Sequence record: MZ443783.1
Length of the DNA: 64,000 nt
Reading direction: 5' to 3' (one strand)
Made by a program: the position numbers and the translations under genes. Numbering within the stretch: the stretch's first letter is position 1; the number at the start of each line of letters is the position of its first letter. Below the pieces are notes generated by a model. The model worked only from the letters and a program-made list of their open reading frames with translations, was not told the origin of the DNA and ran no database searches. Shown piece after piece: positions 24,898 to 34,442 of the stretch.

Positions 24898-26658
24898 TTA
24901 GAACGCTTTACGTTCGATGTTGGAGTAGTACGTGTCATATGGTTCGCTGTACAGCTCTGGGCCGCGCTGCGCACGAATGGTCACGTAACCAGTGTGTCGG
25001 TTGAACGCGATGATTTCGACTGTAGGCTGTTTCGGCTTGATGGTCGAATAAATCGGAGCGTTCATGGTTGGTTCGTCTGTCTGAATCTTATTTACAGATT
25101 GCAGAGCAGCACCAGATAGCGTAGGCAGATTGAATCTGATTTCCGCACGTTTCTGGCCGAACGCAATTTTGATTACACCAGCAGGAAGCTCAACGCCGTT
25201 CTGTTTCAGATACGCGCCGATGCGACGAGCGATACCAGTCAACTGATCGCGTGTGCGAGGGTCGAATGTACCTTCGAAGCTGATTGCTTCTGCGGGCTGG
25301 CGCACGGACAGATGCAGACCTGTGTTGAAATAGCCTTCGGTCAGCAGTCGCAGCACTTCCTTCACGACTTCTTTCGTGTTGGATTTGATGGCAGCGATTT
25401 TGAGTTCAGGCACGTCAACCTTAATCGGGTCACGCAGTTCGGTCTGGTTGTCCATGTAGCCGAGTGATACGTGTTTCGCTTTGGTGTACGTGTGCTGCAA
25501 CACACCAGTAGCGCGAATCAATACAGAGCCAGACTTAGACTGATCGTACAGTTCGTCGCTGGTGGTTGTGCTAAACAGGTAGTAGTCTGTAGGCACTGCC
25601 ATGCGATTAACTGCTTCAACTGCTTTCGTCTGTACTTCTTTTACAGTTTTACCGAAGACAACACGACTACGGTTAGGCTGTGCGGCCGAGACAGGGAAGA
25701 AGGCGCCGTATACAACCTGCACGTTCTTCTGAATAGGCTTGGAAGAGTTTACCTTGATGCCGCCTTGCAACGGAGGTAGCTTCACGCCCACCAGCTTACC
25801 GTTAACGATAGCTTTGTTTGCTACAACAGGCTTTAGGCCAGACAGCAGTTTCTGCAACTCAGCGCCATCAAGAATCTTCTCAAGCGGAACAGCAAGGTTC
25901 TGCGGCAGATAGTGTTTCTTGCGGAACGAGTAGATAACCGTGTCTTTCTTGATCTGCAAAGGCGTAGCCATGTTGCGACCAATCTGACCTACAGGCTGGA
26001 ACGTGTTCTTCTTGTCATCCGCAATGGTGCCGAATGCTTTCGTGAACTCAGACTGTCCGATGATGTTAGCCACACGCTGGTGACCACGAACGATAAACAC
26101 GATCTTCGGTTCGTCTTTCAGGCGCAGTTCGTAACGGTCACGGTTCAGATAAACCATGCTGTACTTATCACCTTTCTCCAGCTCAAGGTCATACTCATCG
26201 TTGGCGTCATCAACCACGACTTTCTTACCTTGATACGTTGCGTACTGACGAGCAGCAGACTCGGAGGCAATCTCCATAGCCTTACCAGTATTCGACAGCG
26301 CAACAGCAAAGTCAGTTACAGCAGGCATCAGGTCAACAGACGATGCAACCGCATAACTGTTACGGCGTTCACCGAGATGCAAATGCACGGCACTTGAAGC
26401 AGACATGAATACAGTGTTACCTGTGTCTTCATGCTTACCTGCAAAGTTCATGCCGCTAATGCGTTCGATGATGTTGGCGCTTAACGCAGGAAACGCGATA
26501 TCGCTACCAGCAGTGAAGTCAAAAATCTCACCGTGACGCCATGCGTATGCCACGTTGTTCGAGCTAAGACCGACAAACGCATCGCCGATCTGCTTAACAG
26601 TCATCGGCATGATACTCAAGTCACGAATGACCGAGTTTTGCTTTTGAATAAGATTCAT
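24898..26658 (-). CDS. Hypothetical protein, candidate internal head protein (586 aa)
   Basis: Long ORF; MSASSA and IASESAA motifs; shares a ~70-aa domain with three other ORFs. Confidence 0.7.
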   Translation of the reverse strand: MNLIQKQNSVIRDLSIMPMTVKQIGDAFVGLSSNNVAYAWRHGEIFDFTAGSDIAFPALSANIIERISGMNFAGKHEDTGNTVFMSASSAVHLHLGERRNSYAVASSVDLMPAVTDFAVALSNTGKAMEIASESAARQYATYQGKKVVVDDANDEYDLELEKGDKYSMVYLNRDRYELRLKDEPKIVFIVRGHQRVANIIGQSEFTKAFGTIADDKKNTFQPVGQIGRNMATPLQIKKDTVIYSFRKKHYLPQNLAVPLEKILDGAELQKLLSGLKPVVANKAIVNGKLVGVKLPPLQGGIKVNSSKPIQKNVQVVYGAFFPVSAAQPNRSRVVFGKTVKEVQTKAVEAVNRMAVPTDYYLFSTTTSDELYDQSKSGSVLIRATGVLQHTYTKAKHVSLGYMDNQTELRDPIKVDVPELKIAAIKSNTKEVVKEVLRLLTEGYFNTGLHLSVRQPAEAISFEGTFDPRTRDQLTGIARRIGAYLKQNGVELPAGVIKIAFGQKRAEIRFNLPTLSGAALQSVNKIQTDEPTMNAPIYSTIKPKQPTVEIIAFNRHTGYVTIRAQRGPELYSEPYDTYYSNIERKAF

Positions 26659-26666
26659 ATAAATCC

Positions 26667-27101
26667 CTAATACGAAACAAGGCGGAAGGCGTTCTGCTTG
26701 AGCAGATTGAGATTGCCCAGCATTAGGCTGTAGGCCAGAGTGCCGTGCTGCGCGATCAGACTATCAGGAACGATAGTCCCGAAGTAAATCGAGTTGTCTG
26801 GTCGCGTGTTAATCTCCTCACCAATAGACTTCATTGCGTCAGGGACAACGAAGCACCACGGTTCAGCAACGTATCTACCACGCACGTACTGAACTCTATA
26901 GCCAACAGCCATGTGCTGGCCTTCGGTAGGGCGGCACGAAAAAACATCCGCGTTCTGGTTGCGAGACTTACGAACCGCGAACAGCGCCATAGTCAGAAAG
27001 CGCTGTTCGAACTGCGGAATGAATGCGTTATCTTCGCAAATCTTTTTCAGAACCGCCTCTTGTCGAGCTTTAGGCATCGACGAGAACAAGTTTAAGTTCA
27101 T
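26667..27101 (-). CDS. Hypothetical protein (144 aa)
   Basis: 4-nt overlap with the tmk stop. Confidence 0.7.
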   Translation of the reverse strand: MNLNLFSSMPKARQEAVLKKICEDNAFIPQFEQRFLTMALFAVRKSRNQNADVFSCRPTEGQHMAVGYRVQYVRGRYVAEPWCFVVPDAMKSIGEEINTRPDNSIYFGTIVPDSLIAQHGTLAYSLMLGNLNLLKQNAFRLVSY

Positions 27102-27712
27102 GACAGCTTGGCGAGAATCTGACGAACAACGTCCGATACCGAATTGACCTCAGTATCAATAACTAAATCAAAGCCGCCAGGCACTTCAAGGTAGCGCTGA
27201 TTGTATTGCTCGAACACTTCTTTGGTCTGACGCTTTTCAATGCGGTCTTCACCACCGATGCGGATCTTACGACGCTCAACGGAAGTTTCATAACCACAGG
27301 TCAGCAGCACGGTCAGTCGGTTCTCAGGAGCAAGCGCTTCCCAAGTGTGCTGATAGATGTGTGCGTTAACATCTGACTCACCCGCCTGATAGACGTATGT
27401 TGATGGGTACCCACGGTCGGCAATGATAACGGTATCTGGTTCGTTTTCCAGAATACGCTCATAGGCTGTCATCGTGGAGGAACGTGCAGCAAGGAAAAGC
27501 AGCAGTTCCGTACGCGGGTCCATACCTTCGTTAAGAGGGTTTGAATTGGACAGCAGAACATCACGAATGTGTTCGGCCAGAGGCGTACCACCAGGCTCAC
27601 GCAAACGCAAAGTCTTTGCGCCGCGTTGTGTGAGAATCTCAGACAGAGCAGTACATACAGTAGACTTACCGCTACCCTCTGGGCCTTCGACTAAGAGATA
27701 GATTGAGTTCAT
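27098..27712 (-). CDS. tmk: Thymidylate (dTMP) kinase
   Basis: P-loop EGPEGSGKST, REPGGT, ELLLFLAAR, DRGYPSTYVYQ. Confidence 0.95.
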   Translation of the reverse strand: MNSIYLLVEGPEGSGKSTVCTALSEILTQRGAKTLRLREPGGTPLAEHIRDVLLSNSNPLNEGMDPRTELLLFLAARSSTMTAYERILENEPDTVIIADRGYPSTYVYQAGESDVNAHIYQHTWEALAPENRLTVLLTCGYETSVERRKIRIGGEDRIEKRQTKEVFEQYNQRYLEVPGGFDLVIDTEVNSVSDVVRQILAKLS

Positions 27713-27721
27713 AATGAGTCC

Positions 27722-28210
27722 TTAGGCAAATCGCCCACCTCGCCATGCGGCCTTGATGAGCAACTTCGCCACGATTTCGTTCTTCATTGTCTTTCGCTTG
27801 GCGTTGCTTCTGACAAATGCAGAGCCGAACTTATTCACGACGATTAGGCCGCAGCCTAACTCTTTTATGCGACCAATTATTTTGTCGCCGTGAGTTTCAA
27901 ACAGTTGTTCGTCAATGATGAAGTACATGCGCATACAGAAAGGCAAATACTTGTGCCACTTCTTATCAGTATTGAAGTCAGCCCAGCAACTCTTAACCTC
28001 AGTGATAATCATATCACACTTGGTATTCAGGCAGAACACGTCGGCCCTTAAGTTACCGTGCTTTATCAATCCGAGTTCAACGTGACAGGAATAGCGTTTG
28101 TCAATCCAGTAGCGCTGTGCGGCTTCGGTGAGAAAGGCCGTCTTATCAGGACGGCTCATTGATTTGAATACTGCTTGAATGTGTTCAGCCTTGCGCCGCT
28201 TATAAGCCAT
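27722..28210 (-). CDS. MmcB-like PD-(D/E)xK endonuclease
   Basis: RADV...I.EVKSCWADF.TDKKWHKYLPFC..MYF. Confidence 0.75.
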   Translation of the reverse strand: MAYKRRKAEHIQAVFKSMSRPDKTAFLTEAAQRYWIDKRYSCHVELGLIKHGNLRADVFCLNTKCDMIITEVKSCWADFNTDKKWHKYLPFCMRMYFIIDEQLFETHGDKIIGRIKELGCGLIVVNKFGSAFVRSNAKRKTMKNEIVAKLLIKAAWRGGRFA

Positions 28211-28658
28211 ACGATTCGATAATGTCCAGGGCTTGCTCTACAATTGGACGGAGTTTCCTGTCCAGTTTACGCAGAGCCTTATCCGCTTTGAACCATTTGC
28301 GTTCACGCGTCAGGGCTTCATCATACTCGGTCAGCATAGTCTTGACCTTCATGACGTACCATTCAACGTGTTGCTCGCGGCCGGTTTTGCCTTTGACGTA
28401 ACGCATGATATCTACGAAGTCTTTAGGCTTACCGAGAACACCAGCTTCTTCCATAGCTTCTTTAAGCGCACTGTCGAGTGCAGTCATTCCCTTCTCCACG
28501 CCGCCTTTTGGGAGACCCCAATTGCCTGCATGGGTTGTACGAATGAGCAAGAGTTCAATCGTACCATCCTTTTTCTTGCGATATGGGATAACGCCAGACT
28601 GCTTACGAGGTTTCTTCTCGCTTGGTAGTTTGGCTGACAATGACACGTTGATCATCAT
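28200..28658 (-). CDS. NUDIX hydrolase
   Basis: Nudix box WGLPKGGVEKGMTALDSALKEAMEEAGV. Confidence 0.93.
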   Translation of the reverse strand: MMINVSLSAKLPSEKKPRKQSGVIPYRKKKDGTIELLLIRTTHAGNWGLPKGGVEKGMTALDSALKEAMEEAGVLGKPKDFVDIMRYVKGKTGREQHVEWYVMKVKTMLTEYDEALTRERKWFKADKALRKLDRKLRPIVEQALDIIESYGL

Positions 28659-29158
28659 AATGAATCAAGTCCTCTCGGGAGGTCAACATCCCACGAGCCA
28701 GCGTTGTCTTTCCACAGACCTTGATTCTGTAACTCTTTATAAGCGTCATAAAGAGAAACACGAGCCTGTACAGAGACTTCGTTGATGCCCGCAGTACCTA
28801 GGCTGTAGCAATACGTGCAGCCTGGGAAGTATTGTGTACGGGTCGCCTCATATGTGTCAAACACAATTTGGCCTTCACTGTTAGAGATAACAGCATGTGA
28901 CGCCATACCACCGTGACCGAGAATGATGATATCATAGTCGGGATGCTGTTTATAGCAGCGTTGAATGAACTCGGCGCAGTCTGCAAATGGTCGAGCTACA
29001 GCAGCAGCGCGATTGCAGTTGAATTGTGCGGCAGACTCAGAAAGAGAACGCGCACCAGTAAGATTCATAGCCGAGGCAAAGATAAGAGTTGCGAGCGATT
29101 CAGGCTCAACGGCAGTGGGGAAAAACTTTGTGCCCCACGCTTGTGATAGCGAAAGCAT
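28655..29158 (-). CDS. Hypothetical protein (167 aa)
   Basis: AGGAG SD; coupled to the NUDIX gene. Confidence 0.7.
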   Translation of the reverse strand: MLSLSQAWGTKFFPTAVEPESLATLIFASAMNLTGARSLSESAAQFNCNRAAAVARPFADCAEFIQRCYKQHPDYDIIILGHGGMASHAVISNSEGQIVFDTYEATRTQYFPGCTYCYSLGTAGINEVSVQARVSLYDAYKELQNQGLWKDNAGSWDVDLPRGLDSL

Positions 29159-29187
29159 GGACGTCTCCTTATACGATAGTCTCAGCT

Positions 29188-29195
29188 AAATTAGT
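29188..29195 (-). promoter_or_regulatory. Putative late promoter variant ACTAATTT
   Basis: Intergenic, 30 nt upstream of the 29158 start. Confidence 0.45.
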
Positions 29196-29199
29196 GTGC

Positions 29200-29487
29200 T
29201 TAGTCTTCTGGGCAGATAAGCACCTGACGACCCTGTTGATAATAAGAGTCCGGTGCTCGCCCTATTACGATAGCGCGTTTGCACATAAAGGCAGGCTTGC
29301 GCAGAGCAACGTTACACCCACCGTGCGACAGTACAGCCATAGCTTCTGCTTTAGCGGGTCCTGTCAGACACAACGTATGCGAGTAAAACGGCTTTTGTGC
29401 TTTCTTCATCGTGCGTGACATTAAAGCACGGATGCGTTCGGCCTGGCCTGATGTAGGTACATGATCGCAGTACACGGCGATATTCAT
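29200..29487 (-). CDS. Hypothetical protein (95 aa)
   Basis: 4-nt overlap with the upstream gene; GGAG SD. Confidence 0.6.
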   Translation of the reverse strand: MNIAVYCDHVPTSGQAERIRALMSRTMKKAQKPFYSHTLCLTGPAKAEAMAVLSHGGCNVALRKPAFMCKRAIVIGRAPDSYYQQGRQVLICPED

Positions 29488-30209
29488 TTGCCAGCTCCTT
29501 TGATGTTCAGAATGCCGTTGAAAACAGTGAACTTATCAGAGAAATGGCCGACCACGTTACCGAGACTATGCACATCGCCATGGCCACCGTAAGGATTAAA
29601 ATCTGCGAGGTCGATTTGCAGATGCGATGCACTGATGGGATTGAATCCTGTTTCTTTAATGAAGATGGTATGGCCATCATAACGAGGCTTATCAGTAAAG
29701 AGCACACCCATGTTAGACCACGTATTGGAGCTGGACTCCAGCACGAAGACAGACGCCTGGTAAAACTTCGCTCCCAGGTCTGGTGCCGTGTCTTGGACGT
29801 AGTGGTAATCTTCATGATCAGCAACGATAACGTCCACAGTAATGAGTTCCGCTTCATTTCTACGGTTGCGCAGCCAGCTTTGCATACAGCGCGTAAAGTA
29901 GTCCGCCATTGCGCAACAAATGCAGCTACGGTTCGTCGGGTCTTTTTCGGCGCGAGGGATTGCAGTGACGTTGCGGTCGGAGAATTTCCATGTGACATGA
30001 TCGGTTACCAGATTACCAGATTGAAACTCAAACTCCTCGTCATTGATAACGAAGATGTTTTTACGCTGCATTACGATGTTCGACAATACATGGGCCGCGC
30101 TGTTTTGCAGGCCCAATGGATATTGAAGCAATACGCGAGCAGTGACGACACGAGGAACCCCGTTTTCGAGATAAGCGAAGTTCATTGTGCGATGCGCTAC
30201 AGAAAGCAT
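29484..30209 (-). CDS. Hypothetical protein (241 aa)
   Basis: AAGGA SD; follows the spike gene. Confidence 0.7.
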   Translation of the reverse strand: MLSVAHRTMNFAYLENGVPRVVTARVLLQYPLGLQNSAAHVLSNIVMQRKNIFVINDEEFEFQSGNLVTDHVTWKFSDRNVTAIPRAEKDPTNRSCICCAMADYFTRCMQSWLRNRRNEAELITVDVIVADHEDYHYVQDTAPDLGAKFYQASVFVLESSSNTWSNMGVLFTDKPRYDGHTIFIKETGFNPISASHLQIDLADFNPYGGHGDVHSLGNVVGHFSDKFTVFNGILNIKGAGK

Positions 30210-30219
30210 GGTACGTCCT

Positions 30220-31008
30220 TTAGTTCAGGTTGATTGTCTGTCCATTTACAGTTACATCCTGACCTGCCTCGATATTAACAGCTCCCCTTACATCCAACAC
30301 GTCATCGCCTTTAACAGTAACTTTACGACTCCCACCAATCTCAACAGTCTGGTTGCCTGTGATCTTAGTGTACTGATTGCCTGCATCGTTCTTCTGCGTA
30401 CCTTTGAACTTGATACGCTTCTTCGGGTCAGGCTTCAAGGACTTAGGCGTCATCACAGGGTCATTCAAGATATAGTCTGGAATGTCGTTCTTACTGCCTG
30501 TGATAATCAGTTGCTGATTGCCTACGATAGTCTGATTAACGTCACCCATGATTGTCATGTTGAAGTCACCCGACGTCACAAGGAAGTGCTCGTTGGTTAG
30601 GCGGTCAATGATGAGCTGGGTGCCAGTAGACAGACGCACACCTACGCGATGCGGATAGTTCACGAGGAACTCAGGCAGTTGGTCAGCTTCTGTCATGCGC
30701 ACATTGGTGCTATACATACCTTCGTGCAATTGACCAGTAGGGAACTTCACATTGATCTTAGCACCACGCGTAGGAATGAATGAAGCACCGAACGTCACAC
30801 CCTGTGAGCCGCCTTTAAGCCCTTCGAGATGGCCAACAGCAGGGCGAATCCAGGGTATCATGTCGTCGGCAATGTCGTCAGTCAGACCCATGATACGCGC
30901 TCGAATCTGACCTATGCGTCGAGGGTCGTTGTTGTCGATTACGATTGCCTCATAATCCATTTGAGGGTCGATGCCTTTCTTGGCGTTCACACTATTCAGA
31001 GGAATCAT
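30220..31008 (-). CDS. Baseplate central spike (gp5/VgrG OB-fold plus beta-helix; no lysozyme domain)
   Basis: VIDNNDPRRIGQIRARIMG...PWIRP...FIPTRGAKINVKF; G(N/D)xxxx(V/I)xG beta-helix repeats. Confidence 0.88.
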   Translation of the reverse strand: MIPLNSVNAKKGIDPQMDYEAIVIDNNDPRRIGQIRARIMGLTDDIADDMIPWIRPAVGHLEGLKGGSQGVTFGASFIPTRGAKINVKFPTGQLHEGMYSTNVRMTEADQLPEFLVNYPHRVGVRLSTGTQLIIDRLTNEHFLVTSGDFNMTIMGDVNQTIVGNQQLIITGSKNDIPDYILNDPVMTPKSLKPDPKKRIKFKGTQKNDAGNQYTKITGNQTVEIGGSRKVTVKGDDVLDVRGAVNIEAGQDVTVNGQTINLN

Positions 31009-32900
31009 TTATTCACCCGTGGCATATACATTTCAAGACGCTCACCGTCAGGCGTGCCGTGCGTACTTGAACCATCAACAGTACCGTCACCAAGAGAGCA
31101 CAGGAAGTTACGCAGGTTCTCTTCCTGCTGGCGAATGAGCTGGCTCAGGTTCGTACTTGGACCAAGCAGCTTGCTGATAGACAGAGCATCGAGACACTTA
31201 TCAGGCAGAGCATCGCTCATCATACGGTTCATATCGTCCAACTTGTTGCTTACGCAGCGCTGGTTGATTTGAGGACCGTCGAGATACTCAGCAGGGATAT
31301 CGCCGTTAGCAATCAGACCGTTCACGTCATTGGTGAAGCCACCAAGCATGTTCTCCATGCTATCAAGACGTGAGGCGAGACCATCGAGTATGCCACCCTT
31401 GTAATTGATCGCAAGGTTGACACTCAACTTCTCCAGACTGTTCAGTGCGCTACAGATACCAGTCAGATACTTCGCCATATTGAACTCTTGCATCAGAGCA
31501 TTCAGGTAGTCAACACCTTCACCATACTTAGCCGCCAACTCAGGAAATTTGAACGCTTCTGATTCTGTCTGGAACTGGTCGAGCATAACGTCCAGCTGGA
31601 GATTGTGTTGTTGCGAAAGCCAGTCGATAGGGTTTGAGCCATCAAGAGCCTGTTTGATGTTTGCGTTAATCTGGAACGGACGCAGAACGTTAGCAACCGT
31701 AGACAGCGGAGTCTGGATGATGTTCGAGCCACCACCAATGTTCGACGTACCCTCAACAGGAGTGAAGTTACGCGACAGCAGGAACGCTTCGCTATACATG
31801 CCACCAGAGAAGACGCGAGTACGGCCGATGACCAGCCACTTGCCTGATACCTTGATATCAGTTTCGACTTCACGATGACCGTTAATCACACCAGCAGATA
31901 CATCGACAATATCAAAGATATCGACTTCTGGACAACCGCCTAAGATGAGAGCGCGAGCAGTCTCGGTGTAAGCCATAGACTGGCGTTTGTTGTTGTAGTA
32001 CGCCTGCATGTACTTATCGTGAATGTTGATATCGTTCGTTGGTCGAGCGTAGGCCTTACGCGCACCAGCAATATCTCCACGCGTGTCGCTGTTAATGTTC
32101 AGCGGGTCACGGCCTTTGACAGTCACTGAGGACAGTTCGTTCGTCTTGCCCTTGCTATCGGCCCACAGCAGCTTTTCGCCATAGTTCGACATGCCGTTGA
32201 AGATACCACTCATGGACTTCGGCCTGAACTCATGCAGGTTATAGAGCGGCGTGTCGCCTGTGGGCTTATGGTTGAATAACCAGTATGCCTTAGGGTCTTC
32301 GTCAAACAGCTTGTTGATATCGCGCACTACCATACGCTTGTCGGCAGTGATGAACATCTTAGGCAGCGCTTCTTCACTTACCCACATGTGCTGTTCGATT
32401 TCGTGAGCGAACTTCTTAGGCGAACACGTTGCAGATACCCAGCTCATAATATCTGACGTTTGAATGTCACCGAAGTCCGGCGTCAAGCCACCGAAAGAGG
32501 CAACTTGTTTTAAAGCATCAATGGAGGTTCCGCGAATGGAGAAACTACGCGTATCAAAGAGAAAAGCAGGTGCGTCGAGAGCACACAGCACGTTAAGCAT
32601 TGGTGCGCCACCCTCACCATATTCGCGCACAGCAAACACAGAGAACGTGAACGTAGACGCCGATTCCTGATCAGGCCCCATCATCAATGTTATTTTCGTA
32701 CCGTCCACAATCGCGTGGGTAGAGCGTAGTACGTTCGTCTGGTCAGAGAATTTGATCAGAGCGCAGGGCACAGCGAAAGTGTTTTCAAACACTTGGACGG
32801 AATTGATTAGGTTCGGCATAGACGGCGGTGCTTTGCCGTCTAACAAAAGACCAAAGAAGCCTTGGTCTTTTACGCCGCCAGATGTTGCTTGGTCAGCCAT
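31005..32900 (-). CDS. Baseplate hub protein (gp27-like) with C-terminal extension
   Basis: Immediately upstream of the spike; SGKWLVIGRTRVF hub-type terminus followed by a helical tail. Confidence 0.65.
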   Translation of the reverse strand: MADQATSGGVKDQGFFGLLLDGKAPPSMPNLINSVQVFENTFAVPCALIKFSDQTNVLRSTHAIVDGTKITLMMGPDQESASTFTFSVFAVREYGEGGAPMLNVLCALDAPAFLFDTRSFSIRGTSIDALKQVASFGGLTPDFGDIQTSDIMSWVSATCSPKKFAHEIEQHMWVSEEALPKMFITADKRMVVRDINKLFDEDPKAYWLFNHKPTGDTPLYNLHEFRPKSMSGIFNGMSNYGEKLLWADSKGKTNELSSVTVKGRDPLNINSDTRGDIAGARKAYARPTNDINIHDKYMQAYYNNKRQSMAYTETARALILGGCPEVDIFDIVDVSAGVINGHREVETDIKVSGKWLVIGRTRVFSGGMYSEAFLLSRNFTPVEGTSNIGGGSNIIQTPLSTVANVLRPFQINANIKQALDGSNPIDWLSQQHNLQLDVMLDQFQTESEAFKFPELAAKYGEGVDYLNALMQEFNMAKYLTGICSALNSLEKLSVNLAINYKGGILDGLASRLDSMENMLGGFTNDVNGLIANGDIPAEYLDGPQINQRCVSNKLDDMNRMMSDALPDKCLDALSISKLLGPSTNLSQLIRQQEENLRNFLCSLGDGTVDGSSTHGTPDGERLEMYMPRVNK

Positions 32901-32902
32901 GA

Positions 32903-33346
32903 TTAGCCCTCAGCGTCAAGCTCAATCGCAATGGCTTTCAACTTCGCTGCAAGTAACTTTATCTCGGAAGACTTGGGTTGAATGTTGAAGCCACCGCGAC
33001 CCGGCTTGATCTCAGAATCGTTTTTGGTGTTGTACCACTTACGCACTGCAACGACACGGTTACCGGCATCATCGCCCACGAGGTCAACAGACAGGAAGCT
33101 ATGTTCACCAATCTGAATACGGAAGACTTCAGGCTCCGAAGTCTCTTTGCGAGTCTCCTTTACCTTCTTCTGCTTAGGACGCTTGAGTTCAGTGTCCTTT
33201 CCAGCAGGCTTCTCAGACTTCTTGGCTTTCTTAGCCTTGACGCGCTTGAGTTCTTCTGCCTGTTCGGCAAGAGGCTTATCACGCTTCAATGTCCGCTTGA
33301 TCTTCTTCGCTTTCTCGCCTACGATTTTGCCGTTAACCATTGCCAT
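32903..33346 (-). CDS. PC4/Sub1-like ssDNA-binding protein with Lys-rich N-terminus
   Basis: SFLSVD...VVAVRKWYNTKNDSEIKPGRGGFNI. Confidence 0.75.
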   Translation of the reverse strand: MAMVNGKIVGEKAKKIKRTLKRDKPLAEQAEELKRVKAKKAKKSEKPAGKDTELKRPKQKKVKETRKETSEPEVFRIQIGEHSFLSVDLVGDDAGNRVVAVRKWYNTKNDSEIKPGRGGFNIQPKSSEIKLLAAKLKAIAIELDAEG

Positions 33347-33639
33347 TAGATTTGCGTCCTCTTAACTTTCTTAATAGCAGCACTAGGCCGCTTTTGTGGG
33401 AACACGACTAGCATCCCCGCTTTAAGTTCAGAGGGATGCAGCAGTGCGTTTGCGATCAGTATGAAATTCCAGTAACCGTTAGAGCCGTATTTGTTCACGG
33501 ACAACAGCTGCGGGTTACCCTCAAGTGCGGCATCAATACGCTCGGACGTTCCCGTCTGGGCAGCATCAACATCATCAAAGATCTTCATGGTCAGAGGATC
33601 AATGCCCCACTTGTCGATTACGCCGATTGTTTCAGCCAT
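33346..33639 (-). CDS. Baseplate wedge gp53/LysM-like protein
   Basis: LLSVNKYGSNGYWNFILIANALLHPSELKAGMLVVFP. Confidence 0.8.
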   Translation of the reverse strand: MAETIGVIDKWGIDPLTMKIFDDVDAAQTGTSERIDAALEGNPQLLSVNKYGSNGYWNFILIANALLHPSELKAGMLVVFPQKRPSAAIKKVKRTQI

Positions 33640-34430
33640 TTACGAAGGTCCTCACGCGTCACAGCGAAGTAGCTACTCACCTGCAGGATGAAGTCAACGC
33701 TGATAGGGTTACCTGTCCCGTCTTCCCACACGTTGTCGAAGTTCGCGCTAACGTTATCGACTACGCAAGGACTCATCGAGAAGAAATTACCAATATCAAC
33801 AAAGAACGCTTCACTGTCTTCAAGGATGCCGCCCATTGCAGCATTCGCCGCGTCAGCAGTACCGCCACTGGCTGCAAGTGTCATCGCTTCCATACTAACG
33901 GACTTCAATGGACTTGGGCCAGGTGGAAGCAGCAAGCCTCCATTCTCAGAAGGAGCACATAGCGACAACAGGTTGATTGTTGTATCTACCACTTCGCTTT
34001 TCGTATCAGAGTAAGCATCGACAAAGATAGGTAGGTCGACCTGCATGTAGCTAGGACCGCCCCACACGCGAGCACTCGCCAGCTTGTGCATAGAACTTGC
34101 ACCAGCGAACTTGAGCGCTTTATCTGCCATGCCTGCATTATTCCCGACGAATCCAGCAATAGCACCAGTCTTACCACCAACGCCAGCTAACGCATTACCT
34201 GCGTTACCAATAACGTCAGCGACCGATGTATTCATGAACGGCGATTCCCAGGAAGAACCTAAGCTGAACGTGAAGTCAGGAGGAATGAACCCCGTGAACT
34301 TAATCGTGCCACTCTTGTTATAGATCTTTACTCGGTACATGTTATCGACAGAGATGATATCGTCACGAGACCGAGCAGTACCTATAGCAGTGGCTTGCCC
34401 ACCATCGGCGGGCATTAAGTAGTTAGCCAC
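33618..34430 (-). CDS. Tail tube initiator/baseplate-tube junction protein (gp48/54-like)
   Basis: Lies between the tape-measure-like and gp53-like genes; CVVDNVSANFD...G.PIS..F.L motif. Confidence 0.65.
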   Translation of the reverse strand: MANYLMPADGGQATAIGTARSRDDIISVDNMYRVKIYNKSGTIKFTGFIPPDFTFSLGSSWESPFMNTSVADVIGNAGNALAGVGGKTGAIAGFVGNNAGMADKALKFAGASSMHKLASARVWGGPSYMQVDLPIFVDAYSDTKSEVVDTTINLLSLCAPSENGGLLLPPGPSPLKSVSMEAMTLAASGGTADAANAAMGGILEDSEAFFVDIGNFFSMSPCVVDNVSANFDNVWEDGTGNPISVDFILQVSSYFAVTREDLRKWLKQSA

Positions 34431-34442
34431 ACAAACTCCTTA

